Part shown: positions 38,919 to 50,904 of the stretch, in pieces | How the letters are laid out: the number at the start of each line of letters is the position of its first letter | Numbering within the stretch: position 1 is the stretch's first letter | Origin: Eledone cirrhosa | Taxonomy: Eukaryota | NCBI GenBank assembly: GCA_964016885.1 | Contig: OZ024740.1 | Span: 176,824,001-176,888,000 of the forward strand | DNA length: 64,000 bases | Reading direction: 5' to 3' | Made by a program: the position numbers and the translations under genes | Notes under the pieces: model-generated | Seen by the model: the letters and a program-made list of their open reading frames with translations, nothing else | What the model was told of the DNA's origin: nothing | Database searches by the model: none

Positions 38919-38991
38919 GGTTCCATGGTGTAGTGGTTATCACATCTGCTTAACACGCAGAAGGTCGTGAGTTCGAAACTCGCTGGAACTT
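38919..38991 (+). tRNA. trnV: tRNA-Val(AAC), unit 21
   Basis: AAC gene with G1-U72. Confidence 0.86.
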
Positions 38992-39761
38992 TCAATTATC
39001 TTTTTTTCTTTTACTTCTATTTCATTTTGTGTTGTGTTTGATAGAATCTCACATATTTCTTCTGACTATCTCCTCGACAATTTCTATATCCAGTACTGAA
39101 TATTTTCCCTATCATATGCTGGAACTCTGCTGACCTGTGTTTTACAAAAGTACTTGACGTAGATTCGAAATATTAATAACCAATCATTATATAGTATTTA
39201 TATTGTTAATCAACTGCTTCCAAATTTATGCAACTTTCACTAAATTAACAGAAATATAAACGTGTTTCATAATGCAATATATGTTAGGAAGCAACCGTTT
39301 GATACAATGTTGTAGTGTGTATCTCATTTGCAAAAAACACGAGATGATCGCGGATTCGAAATTCGCAGCAAACACTCTTAATTTCAATCTGAATAAATTA
39401 TATATTTATTTACATTTTTCATATCTTGCGTCATTTTAGTTGTCAATGAGGATTGAATACTTTTATTTTTATTGAAAAACACATGTTATACAGTAGGTTT
39501 GAAAATAAAATATATTTGTTCCTATGTTCCAGAATAGAACATATTTGTAGAAATGATTGCCTAAATATGTCCGACCATGTGCTAAACAATGACAATCATA
39601 ATTTAGAAAGAAATTGCTCTTTATAAACATATTTAGTTTGATAATCTACACACAAGCTTTTTTCTGTGAAGATTGTACATATAAATATTAGTGAAGTGAA
39701 ACATTTCAAAATCACAAGATACGTATAAAAGAAAGTTATTCGATATCGAGAAAAGGAAATT

Positions 39762-39834
39762 GGTTCCATAGTGTAGTGGTTATCACGTCTGCTTCACACG
39801 CGGAAGATCGCGATTTCGAAACTCGCTGGAGCCT
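39762..39834 (+). tRNA. trnV: tRNA-Val(CAC), unit 22 (B-box lesion)
   Basis: GCGATTTCGAAAC. Confidence 0.68.
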
Positions 39835-40613
39835 TTATTACAATATTTTTAATCTACAGTAGCTCTTCTAATTCATGAGTGCCCATATAATTTTAATCTA
39901 CACTAGCTCTTCTAAGACATGAGTGCACATATAATTTTAAATTACACTAGGTCTTTCAAGCCATCAGTGTCCATATATTTGTCAATCAATAATACAGATT
40001 AATGTCAGTAAATGCGTTTAAAGTTATGTGAGAAAGTGACTAGTTTTGCTTACATAGTTTAGTGATTACCACGCCAGATTCACAAGCAGGAGATCGCGAT
40101 TCCGAAACTTTCTGTAATCCTTGTTTCAATTAAAAACAAACTCCAGTTGTGTCATGATCCTTAGATGCTTAAATATTTTTCCATCTATCAACACGGTAGC
40201 TTCAATGTGCAGTGGTGTATATTTTATCCTATACTAGATTTGGGCCGACTTGTGCCATACAACAGAACTGAAGTATTTCCTAAATATATATAACCGCTAA
40301 TTAAATTTAGATTGTTAATGAAGTGCTTCCAAATTTCCTCATCATGAAACCAAACGATGGCTTATTACCAAATATAGCCTTATTAAACATGTTTACATGT
40401 CCAGTAAATTAGTGAAAGATGTATAAATGTAGAGGTAGCTGATTAGCCATGTAAATACGACGTTATGAACGATTTTATATATTTAGCATCTACGTCAAGA
40501 ACTTTGTTTAACGCATGTCAGCCTAGTTTCAGCATTGGTAAAGTATGTAGCAATGGATATTGACATTGGCAAGGATATGATCAGCAGAAATATCTGAAAA
40601 AAACGGAGTGTCA

Positions 40614-40686
40614 AGGTTCCAGCATGTTTCGAACTCACGACCATCTGCGTGTAAAGCAGATATGATAACCACTACACCATGGAACC
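40614..40686 (-). tRNA. trnV: tRNA-Val(TAC), unit 22 (weak T-stem, G1-C72 pair present)
   Basis: + strand AAGGTTCCAGC. Confidence 0.74.
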
Positions 40687-40804
40687 ACAGACTTGTTTTA
40701 GAACAAATATTGCCTCAATACATTTACATTTTATCAACTATGCTGAATTGAAACAAATGTAAATGTATTTGATAAGACAATGTTTCTTCTTTCATTCATC
40801 ATCT

Positions 40805-40877
40805 GGTTCCATGGTGTAGTGGTTATCACATCTGCTTAACACGCAGAAGGTCGTGAGTTCGAAACTCGCTGGAACCT
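40805..40877 (+). tRNA. trnV: tRNA-Val(AAC), unit 22
   Basis: Matches unit-1 AAC gene. Confidence 0.9.
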
Positions 40878-41647
40878 TCAATTATCTTTTTTTCTTTTAC
40901 TTCTATTTCATTTTGTGTTGTGTTTGATAGAATCTCACATATTTCTTCTGACTATCTCCTCGACAATTTCTATATCCAGTACTGTATATTTTCCCTATCA
41001 TATGCTGGAACTCTGCTGACCTGTGTTTTACAAAAGTACTTGACGTAGATTCGAAATATTAATAACCAATCATTATATAGTATTTATATTGTTAATCAAC
41101 TGCTTCCAAATTTATACAACTTTCACTAAATTAACAGAAATATAAACGTGTTTCATAATGCAATATATGTTAGGAAGCAACCGTTTGATACAATGTTGTA
41201 GTGTGTATCTCATTTGCAAAAAACACGAGATGATCGCGGATTCGAAATTCGCAGCAAACACTCTTAATTTCAAGCTGAATAAATTATATATTTATTTACA
41301 TTTTTCATATCTTCCGTCATTTTAGTTGTCAATGAGGATTGAATACTTTTATTTTTATTGAAAAACACATGTTATACAGTAGGTTTGAAAATAAAATATA
41401 TTTGTTCCTATGTTCCAGAATAGAACATATTTGTAGAAATGATTGCCTAAATATGTCCGACCATGTGCTAAACAATGACAATCATAATTTAGAAAGAAAT
41501 TGCTCTTTATAAACATATTTAGTTTGATAATCTACACACAAGCTTTTTTCTGTGTAGATTGTACATATAAATATTAGTGAAGTGCAATATTTCAAAATCA
41601 CAAGATACGTATAAAAGAAAGTTATTCGATATCGAGAAAAGGAAATT

Positions 41648-41720
41648 GGTTCCATAGTGTAGTGGTTATCACGTCTGCTTCACACGCGGAAGGTAGCGAG
41701 TTCGAAACTCGCTGGAGCCT
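41648..41720 (+). tRNA. trnV: tRNA-Val(CAC), unit 23
   Basis: Variable loop AGGTA. Confidence 0.84.
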
Positions 41721-42500
41721 TTATTACAATATTTTTAATCTACAGTAGCTCTTCTAATTCATGAGTACCCATATAATTTTAATCTACACTAGCTCTTCTA
41801 AGACATGAGTGCCCATATAATTTTAAATTACACTACGTCTTTCAAGCCATCAGTGTCCATATATTTGTCAATCAATAATACAGATTAATGTCAGTAAATG
41901 CGTTTAAAATTATGTGAGAAAGTGACTAGTTTTGCTTACAAAGTTTAGTCATTACCACGCCAGATTCACAAGCAGGAGATCGTGATTCCGAAACTTTCTG
42001 TAATCCTTGTTTCAATTAAAAACAAACTCCAGTTGTGTCATGATCCTTAGATGCTTAAATATTTTTCCATCTATCAACACGGTAGCTTCAATGTGCAGTG
42101 GTGTATATTTTATCCTATACTAGATTTGGGCCGACTTGTGCCATACAACAGTACTGAAGTATTTCCTAAATATATATAACCGCTAATTAAATTTAGATTG
42201 TTAATGAACTGCTTCCAAATTTCCTCATCATGAAACCAAACGATGGCTTATTACCAAATATAGCCTTATTAAACATGTTTACATGTCCAGTAAATTAGTG
42301 AAAGATGTATAAATGTAGAGGTAGCTGATTAGCCATGTAAATACTACGTTATGAACTTTTTCATATATTTAGCATCAACGTCAAGAACTTTGTTTAACGC
42401 ATGTCAGCCTAGTTTCTGCATTGGTAAAGTATGTAGCAATGGATATTGACATTGGCAAGGATATGATCAGGAGAAATATCTCAAGAAAAAAGGAGTGTCA

Positions 42501-42573
42501 AAGTTCCAGCATGTTTCGAACTCACGACCTTCTGCGTGTAAAGCAGATATGATAACCACTACACCATGGAACC
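42501..42573 (-). tRNA. trnV: tRNA-Val(TAC), unit 23 (weak T-stem)
   Basis: TAC gene with variable loop AGGTC. Confidence 0.72.
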
Positions 42574-42691
42574 ACAGACTTGTTTTAGAACAAATATTGT
42601 CTCAATACATTTACATGTTATCAATTATGCTGAATTGAAACAAATGTAAATGTATTTGATAAGACAATGTTTCTTCTTTCATTCTTCATCT

Positions 42692-42764
42692 GGTTCCATG
42701 GTGTAGTGGTTATCACATCTGCTTAACACGCAGAAGTTCGTGAGTTCGAAACTCGCTGGAACCT
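42692..42764 (+). tRNA. trnV: tRNA-Val(AAC), unit 23
   Basis: Variable loop AGTTC. Confidence 0.84.
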
Positions 42765-43533
42765 TCCCTTATTTTTTTTGGTTTTACTTCTATTTCATAT
42801 TGTGTTGTGTTTGATAGAATCTCACATATTTCTTCTGACTATCTCCTCGACAATTTCTATATCCAGTACTGTATATTTTACCTTACCTATGCTGGAACTC
42901 TGCTGACCTGTGTTTTACAAAAGTACTTGACGTAGATTCGAAATATTAATACCCAATCATTATATAGTATTTATATTGTTAATCAACTGCTTCCAAATTT
43001 ATACAACTTTCACTAAATTAACAGAAATATAAACGCGTTTCATAATGCAATATATGTTAGGAAGCAACTGTTTGATACAATGTTGCAGTGTGTATCTCAT
43101 TTGCAAAAAACACGAGATGATCGCGGATTCGAAATTCGCAGCAAACACTCTTAATCTACAATCTGAATAAATAACATATTTATTTACATTTTTCATATCT
43201 TCCGTCATTTTAGTTGTCAATGAGGATTGAATACTTTTAATGTTATTGAAAAACACACGTTATACAGTAGGTTTGAAAATAAAATATATTTGTTCGTATG
43301 TTCCAGAATAGAACATATTTGTAGACATGATTGCCTAAACATGTCCGACCATGTGCTAAACAATGACAATCATAATTTAGAAAGAAATTGCTCTTTATAA
43401 ACATATTTAGTTTGATAATCTACACACAAGCTTTTTTCTGTGTAGATCGTACATATAAATATTAGTGAATGAAATATTTCAAAATCACAAGATACGTATC
43501 AAAGAAAGTTATTCGATGACAAAAAAGGCAATT

Positions 43534-43606
43534 GGTTCCATAGTATAGTGGTTATCACGTCTGTTTCACACGTGGAAGGTCGCGAGTTCGAAACTTGCTG
43601 GAGCCT
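43534..43606 (+). pseudogene. tRNA-Val(CAC) pseudogene, unit 24
   Basis: GGTTCCATAGTATAGTGG...TCTGTTTCACACGTGGA...CTTGCTGGAGCC; several stem lesions. Confidence 0.75.
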
Positions 43607-43998
43607 TTATTACACATTTTTAATCTACATTAGCTCTTCTTATTCATGAGTGCCCATATAATTTTAATCTACACTAGCTTTTCTAAGACATGATTGCCCA
43701 TATAATTTTAATTTACACTAGGTCTTTCAAGCCATCAGTGTCCATATATTTGTCAATCAATAATACAGATTAATGTTAGTAAATGCGTTTAAAATTATGT
43801 GAGAAATTGACTAGTTTTGCTTACATAGTGTAGTGATTATCACGCCAGATTCACAAGCAGGAGATCGCGATTCCAAATCTTTCTGTAACCCTTGTTTCAA
43901 TTAAAAACAAACTCCTGTTGTGTCATGATCCTTAGATGCTTAAATATGTTTTCCATCTATCAACTCGGTAGCTTCAATGTGAAAAAAAAAGGAGTGTC

Positions 43999-44071
43999 AA
44001 AGTTGCAGCTTTTTCGAACTCACGACCTTCTGCGTGTGAAGCAGATATGATAACCACTACACCATGGAACC
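43999..44071 (-). pseudogene. tRNA-Val pseudogene with CAC anticodon in the TAC slot, unit 24
   Basis: + strand GCGTGTGAAGCAG; T-stem and acceptor damaged. Confidence 0.75.
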
Positions 44072-44189
44072 ACAGACTTGTTTTAGAGCAAATATTGCCT
44101 CAATACATTTACATTTTATCAACTATGCTGAATTGAAACAAATGTAAATGTATTTGATAAGACAATGTTTCTTCTTTTATTCTTCATCT

Positions 44190-44262
44190 GGTTCCATGGT
44201 GTCGTGGTTATCACATCTGCTTAACACGCCGAAGATTGTGAGTTCGAAACTCGCTGGAACCT
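44190..44262 (+). pseudogene. tRNA-Val(AAC) pseudogene, unit 24
   Basis: GTGTCGTGG, ACGCCGAAGATTGTGAG lesions. Confidence 0.75.
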
Positions 44263-45519
44263 TCAATTATCTTTTTTTGTTTTACTTATATTTCCTATTG
44301 TGTTGTGTTTGATAGAATCTCACATATTTCTTCTGACTATCTCCTCGACAATTTCTATATCAAGTACTGTATATTTTACCTTACCTATCTTACCTTACCT
44401 TTGCTGGAACTTTTGAAAAATTTCAAAATCACCTGATACGTATAAAAGTAAGTTATGAGTGCCCATATAATTTTAATTTACACTAGCTCTTTTAAGCCAT
44501 CAGTGTCCATATATTTGTGAATCAATAATACAGATTTAATGCCAGTAAATGCGTTTAAAATGATGTGAGAAAATGCTTACATAGTTTAGTGATTATCACG
44601 CCAGATTCACAGCAGAAGGTCGCGATTCCGAAACTCGCTGAAACCCTTGTCTCAATTAAATATATTCTCCTGTTGTCTCATGATTCTGAGATACTTAAAT
44701 ATTTTCTCCTTCTTTCAACTCGGTAGATTAAATTTGCAGTGGAGTATATTTTATCCTATACTAGAATTTGGCCGACTTGTGCCATCCAACAGTACTAACA
44801 TTTGTTGCTAAATATATGTAACCGCCAACTAAATTTTGATGTGAATGCGTATAAAATTATACGTGGAAGTAGCTTCTTTTGCTTACATAGTGCAGAGATT
44901 ATCAGGTTATTTTCATACGTAGAAGTTCGCGAATTCGAAACTTGCTGAGACACTTGTTTCACTTTTAAAAAAATTGCTGTGTCATGATTTTGAAATGCTT
45001 AAATATTTTCTCCATCTATCAACTCGATAGTTTCAATGTACAGTGGTGTATATTCTATACTATACTAGAATTGGGCCGATTTGTGCCATACAACAGTACT
45101 ACTAAATATATATGACCGCTAAATAAATTTAGAAGGTTAATGAACTGCTTCTAAATTTCCACATCTTATTTGCAATTTTCATATCTTTCATTATTTTATT
45201 TGTCAATGCAGTTTGAATACTTTTAATGTTATTGAAAGACATGTTATACAGTAGGTTTGAAAATAAAATCCATTTGTTCCTATGTTCCAGAATAGAACAC
45301 ATTTGGAGACATGATTGCCTAAATATGTCTGACCATGTGTTAAACAATGATAATCATAATTTAGAAAGAAATTGATCTTTATAAACATATTTAGTTCGAT
45401 AATCTGCACACTAGCTTTTCTATGTGTAGATTGTACATATAAATATTAGGGAAGATACAGAATTTCAAAATTACAAGATACGTATAAAAGAAACTTATTC
45501 GATTTCAAAAAAGGCAATT

Positions 45520-45592
45520 GGTCCCATAGTGTAGGGGTTATCACGTCTGCTTCACTCGCAGAAGGTCGTGAGTTTGAAACTCGCGAGAGCCT
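45520..45592 (+). pseudogene. tRNA-Val(CAC) pseudogene
   Basis: GGTCCCATAGTGTAGGGGTTATCACGTCTGCTTCACTCGCAGAAGGTCGTGAGTTTGAAACTCGC. Confidence 0.8.
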
Positions 45593-46057
45593 TTTGTTAC
45601 AATATTTTTAATCTACACTAGCTCTTCTAAGCCATCAATGTCCATATAATTTTAATTTACACTAGCTCTTATAATCCACCACTGTCCATATATTTGTGAA
45701 TCAATCATAATTTTAAAAGAAATTGATATCTATAAACATATTTAGTTTGATAATCTGCACACTAGCTTTTCTATGTGTAGAGTGTACATATAAATATTAG
45801 CGAAGATAACAAATTTCAAATCACAAGATACGTATAAAAGAAAATTGTTCGATGTCAAGAAAGGCTATTGCTTCCATCGCGTCTGGTTATTTGCACTTTA
45901 TTTAATTTACACTAGCTCTTCTCAGTCATGAGTTTCCGTATAATTTTAATTTACACTAGCTCTTCTAAGACATGAGTGTCCATATAATTGTGAATTAATA
46001 ATACATTTTCAATGTTAGTAAATGCGTACAACATTATGTGAGAAAGTGACTAACTTT

Positions 46058-46129
46058 TCTTATATAGTGTAGTGATTATCACGCCAGCCTCACACGCAGA
46101 AGATCGCGAGTTCTAAGTCGCTGGAAACC
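46058..46129 (+). pseudogene. tRNA-Val relic-1 paralog (CAC)
   Basis: TATAGTGTAGTGATTATCACGCCAGCCTCACACGCAGAAGATCGCGAGTTC..GTCGCTGGAAACC. Confidence 0.75.
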
Positions 46130-46427
46130 TTGTTCAATATTTCTTTAATTTATTTTAACCTCCGTAGTGTCGTGATTCTGAGATGCTCAGATCTTTATGC
46201 CGTCTATCCAACAATAATTCCAATATCCAGTGTTGTGTATGTTTACCTATGTCATAATTGGTCTGAACTGCGTCGTACATCAATACCAGCATTAGATACT
46301 ATATATAAGTAACCGTTCATTATATTTAGATGTTTATCAACTGCTTCTAAATTTCCACATCTTTCGTTAAATAGAAACAAATGTAAATGTGTTTCATAGG
46401 CCAATATGTGTTACGAAGTAGTCTTCT

Positions 46428-46500
46428 GGTTCTATGGTGTAGTGGTTATCACATTTTCTTAACACGTAGAAGGTCGCGTGTTAGAAACTCACTGGAGTCT
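46428..46500 (+). pseudogene. tRNA-Val(AAC) pseudogene
   Basis: GGTTCTATGGTGTAGTGGTTATCACATTTTCTTAACACGTAGAAGGTCGCG. Confidence 0.78.
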
Positions 46501-47325
46501 TAAATTTTTCATGTTCTTTTCCTAAGATTCATGTCGTATCGTGTTTGCTTCAATTTAGCGAATAATGTAGAAATTTAGAAGCTGTTGATTAACCATCTAA
46601 ATATAATGAGGCGTTACTTATATTTAGTATCTAATTCTTGTATTGTTTTATGACACAGGTTCGATCAATTTAACTATAGTTAAAATTATACACTACTGGA
46701 TATGGAAATTATCGTGTTGGTTGGTAGACTGAATAAATAATTGAGCCTCTAACAAACATGAACTTAAACCACTACTCAATGGAACTAAATGTAGTCATTT
46801 CATCAATTAATTGTATTCTATATGTATTTTGTGACTTTGGAATTTATATTCTGTACAATCCAGACTTAGAAAAGCTAGTGTGACAGTTTATAAAATTGAA
46901 TCTGTTTATAAAGATCAGTTTAGTTCTAAATTATGAATGTAGCTGTTCAGCACAAGTTTGGACACATTTAGGCAACCTTGTCTACAAATGAGTTCTATTC
47001 TGGAACCTAGGATGAATTGTATTTTATTTTTAATCCTACACAAAATTTTCAAACCAACAGTAACCATCTTTAGATGTAAATAAACAGGTTTTTTCTTATT
47101 CAAATTGTATAATAAGAATGATTACAACGAATATCGAACCCATAGCAATTTGCTAGTTTAGTACAACATGGAACCAAACAGTGGCTTCCTAACAAATATT
47201 GCCTCATTAAACACGTTTAGTTTACTTTCAATTTAGTGAAAGTTGTTTAAATTTAGAAGCAGTTGATTAACCATGTAAGTACTATGATATTAACGGGTAC
47301 ATATATTTAGCATCTACATCAAGTA

Positions 47326-47577
47326 TGGTATGGTCCTGTAACTTCCGATAGAGTGGTAGGGGCGCCATATTTACGTACGGCGTTTCTTGGGTATTTTAAG
47401 CCTCGCGGAGCCCTTCTCTGTCCAGGTCTAAGAACAGCAGATTCTTTTACAGAAAGAAAGTGAGGGAGAGGAAATGAGAAAGACATAGAGAGGAAAAATC
47501 GACCACAGTACTATACTGGTACTTTTATTCAAGCATTCTATTTGACGTTCTAACGACTCGGCCAATTCGTCACCTAT
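47326..47577 (-). mobile_element. 252-bp SINE-like insertion with 13-bp TSD
   Basis: TCTACATCAAGTA at 47313-47325 and 47578-47590; minus strand starts with A-box-like TGGCCGAGTCGTTAG, contains TAAAAGTACCAGT similar to the SINE at 59212, ends in ACCATACCA. Confidence 0.8.
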
Positions 47578-47741
47578 TCTACATCAAGTACTTTGGGATA
47601 ACATAGGTGAGGCCAGTTCCAGCATTGGAAAAGTAAACAACACGGGATATAGAAATTATAGAGGAGATAGATAGAGGAAATATGTGAGATTCTGACAAAT
47701 GCAACACAACTAAGTAAGAAAAAAAAAAAGAAAAAAAAAGT

Positions 47742-47810
47742 GAGGCCAAGTTTCGAACTCCCAACCTTCTGCGTGTAAAGCAGATGTGATAACCACTACA
47801 CCATGAAACC
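47742..47810 (-). pseudogene. tRNA-Val(TAC) pseudogene (3' acceptor lost)
   Basis: Revcomp GGTTTCATGGTGTAGTGGTTATCACATCTGCTTTACACGCAGAAGGTTGGGAGTTCGAAACTTGG. Confidence 0.8.
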
Positions 47811-47926
47811 TAACGAATGTTTTAAGACAAATATTGCCTCATCAAGCTCATTTGTTTCAGTTTCGCTAAATTGAGACAAATGTAAATGTGTTTGATAAAA
47901 CAATATTTGTACGGAAGTAATCGTCT

Positions 47927-47999
47927 GGTCCCACGGTGTAGTGGTTATCACATCTGCTTTACACGCAGAAGGACGTGAGTTTAAAACTCGCTGGAACCT
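47927..47999 (+). pseudogene. tRNA-Val(TAC) pseudogene (B-box lesion)
   Basis: GGTCCCACGGTGTAGTGGTTATCACATCTGCTTTACACGCAGAAGGACGTGAGTTTAAAACTCGCTGGAACCT. Confidence 0.8.
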
Positions 48000-48480
48000 T
48001 AGACTCACTTTTCTTTTTTTTTTTTACTTAAATTCCTATCGTTTCTTATTTAATAGAATCTGAGATATTTCTTCTGTCTATCTACTCGTCAATTTCTATA
48101 TACAGTGCTGCATATTTTACCTTATGAAAGGATAAATATAAACCACTGGATATTGAAATTATCGAGGAGATAAACCACTACACCTACACCTTGGAACCAG
48201 AAGACTACTCCAAACAAATATTGGCCTATGAAACACATTTACATTTGTTTCAATTTAGCGAAAGATGTGGAAATTTAGAAGCAGTTGATTACACATCTAA
48301 TTATAATGGACGGTTACTGATATCTAGTATCTAATGCTGGTACTGCTGTATGACGCAGATCAACCCAATTTTAGCATTGGATAAATATAGACCACTGGAT
48401 ATTGAAATTTTCGAAGAGATACACGGAATAAATATCTGAGTCATTAACAAACACGACACAAAAAAAAAAATTGAAACAAA

Positions 48481-48551
48481 GTTTTCAGCTGGTTTCGAAC
48501 TCGCGACATCTGCATCTTAATCAGATGTGATAACCACTACATTTTGGAACA
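48481..48551 (-). pseudogene. Decayed tRNA-Val relic
   Basis: + strand GGTTTCGAACTCGCGAC...CAGATGTGATAACCACTACATTTTGGAAC. Confidence 0.72.
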
Positions 48552-50072
48552 AATTGCGAACTTCCCATTGCTTCATTTTATTTTATGCGTATCTTGTGAC
48601 TTTGACACATATTCTGGACACTCCAGACATAGAAAAACTAGTGTGACAGTTTATAGAACTGTAAATAAAGCGCAGTTTGGGTCTAAATTATGAATGTAGT
48701 TGTACAACACATTTAGGCAACCCTGTCTACAAATTTGTTCCATTTTGTAACAAGGACACAAATGTATTTAAAGTTCATCTCTATTCAGTATAACATATAT
48801 TTCAATAATCTCAAAAGTTTTTTAAAATATAGTAACCATATTTATATGTAAATAAATATAAAAAAAAAAATATAAGAAAACGTTTTTCTTATTAAAATTG
48901 TATAGTAAGAGTGATTGCTGTAAATTTAGAACCCACGAGTATTTGCGTGTCTACCGGGCAGGATATCCACTATACCATGGAAACAAACATTGGCTTCTTA
49001 AAAAATATTGCCTTAGTAACCACATTTACATTTCTTTCAATTTAGTGAAAGTTGTATAAATTTGGAAGCAGTAGATTAACCATGTAAATGCTATGTTATG
49101 AATGGTTTCATATATTTAGCATCTACGTCAAGTACTTTTGTATTATCAAGGTCAGTCCACTTCCAGCATTGGTAAAAAATACAGTACTGGATATAATAAT
49201 TGTCGAGTACATAGACAGAAGAAATATCTGAGATTCAATTTAGCGAAAGATGTGGAATTTAGAAGCAGGTGATAAACCAGTAAAATATAATGAGCGGTTA
49301 CTTATATTTACTATCTAATGCTTGTACCGTTGTATGTCGCAGGTCAGCTCAATTAGTCTCATCGTTTTAGTTTTTTTTCCTTAGATTTATGTTGCGACAT
49401 GTTTGTTAGAATGGCAGATATTTCTTCTTTCTATCTCCTCCTCCTCAATTTCTATATTCAGTGCTGTATATTTGACCAATGCTGGAACCTGTAATGACCT
49501 GGGTTATACGAAAGTACTTGATGTTGATGCTAATTATACAAAACCGTTCATATCATAGTATTTACATGGTTAAACTATTGATTCTAAATGTACACAACTT
49601 CCACTAAACACGGGTTGGATAGAGCATTATTTGTGAAGCAGCAACCGTTTGATTACACGCTTATAATTGTGGGTTCGAAATTCGTCGGAATGACTCTTAA
49701 TATACAACCCGAATAAAAGTTTCTTTTGTTTGCTTCTTTAATATCTTACATTACGTCAGTTACTACTGCAGTTTTCTTTAATGTTGAAGTTATGGGAAGA
49801 TACATTTTATACAGTATGGTTGTAAATTAAAAACATTTGGTCTTATTCCCCAGAATAAAACTCAGTTGTAGACATGGTTGCCTAAATTTATCCGACCTTG
49901 TGCTGAAAAACTACATTCATAATCTTAGCATTATAAACATATTGAGCTTTATAAACTGTTACACTATCTGTTCTATATCTAGTGTGTCCATATAAATATG
50001 AGTCAAGATTAAGTATTTCAAAGTCACACGATACTTATAAAACAAAATTATTTGATGAAAAGGACAGCATTA

Positions 50073-50135
50073 GGTTCCATAGTGTAGTGTCTCATTCACA
50101 CACAGAAGGTCACGAGTTTGAAACTCAATGGAAAC
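50073..50135 (+). pseudogene. tRNA-Val relic with internal deletion
   Basis: GGTTCCATAGTGTAGTG...CAGAAGGTCACGAGTTTGAAACTCAATGGAAAC. Confidence 0.72.
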
Positions 50136-50831
50136 GTTATTACAATTTTCTTTTTAAATTCGTTTAGTGTCGTATATGTTAGAGATTCAAATATTTATTT
50201 CGTCTATCCACTCGATAAATTCAATATCCAGTGATGTATATTTATCCTATACTAGAATTGGGATGGTCTGCGACATACAACAGTACTACCATTAGATACT
50301 AAATATACGTAACCACTAATTATATTTAGATGTTAATCAACTGCTTCTAAAATTGAACAACTTTCGCTAAATTGAAACAAATGTAAATGTATATAAGACA
50401 ATATTTGGTGTAGTGGTTATCACATTTGCTAAACCCTAAGATGATTTTTGGAACCACTCATAATATACAATCTTAAAAGATTTTTTACATACATCTTTAA
50501 TATCTTCCTTTATTTTAGCTGCTACAGCTGTTTTTAAAACGTTTGAAGTTAATGAAAGATAAATTATATACAGTAGGACTTGCATTTAAAAACATTTGTT
50601 CCTATATTCAAGAATTCTATAATTTCAATTTCCAATCGTGTATATTTTACGTATACTAGAATAGGGCTGACCTGCCACATACAACAGTACTAGCATTCGA
50701 TCTAAATATAAATAACCGTTCATTATATTTTGATGGTTAATTAACTGCTTCTACATTTCCACATATTTCACTAAATTGAAACAAACGTAAATATGTTTGA
50801 TGAGGCATTATTTATCCCGAAGTAGTCGTCT

Positions 50832-50904
50832 GGTTCCATGGTGTAGTGCTTATCACGTCTGTTTCACACACAGGAGGTCGTGAGTTCGAAACTTGCTGGA
50901 ACCT
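50832..50904 (+). pseudogene. tRNA-Val(CAC) pseudogene
   Basis: GGTTCCATGGTGTAGTGCTTATCACGTCTGTTTCACACACAGGAGGTCGTGAGTTCGAAACTTGCTGGAACCT. Confidence 0.8.

Larger units (their letters stand above)
1..44410. repeat. Tandem array of ~1,885-bp tRNA-Val-containing units (23 complete units plus a deleted 24th); continues off the left edge
   Basis: CAC-gene starts recur at 196, 2073, 3952, 5838, 7723, 9610, 11495, 13374, 15261, 17147, 19033, 20903, 22781, 24669, 26554, 28440, 30327, 32215, 34103, 35990, 37875, 39762, 41648 and 43534, with near-identical intervening sequence. Confidence 0.99.

Noticed and set aside
1-44410. CRISPR-like or rDNA/5S interpretation of the periodic array
   Set aside because: Spacers are repeated rather than unique, there are no cas genes and no rRNA sequence, and the conserved elements are tRNA cloverleafs with Pol III boxes.
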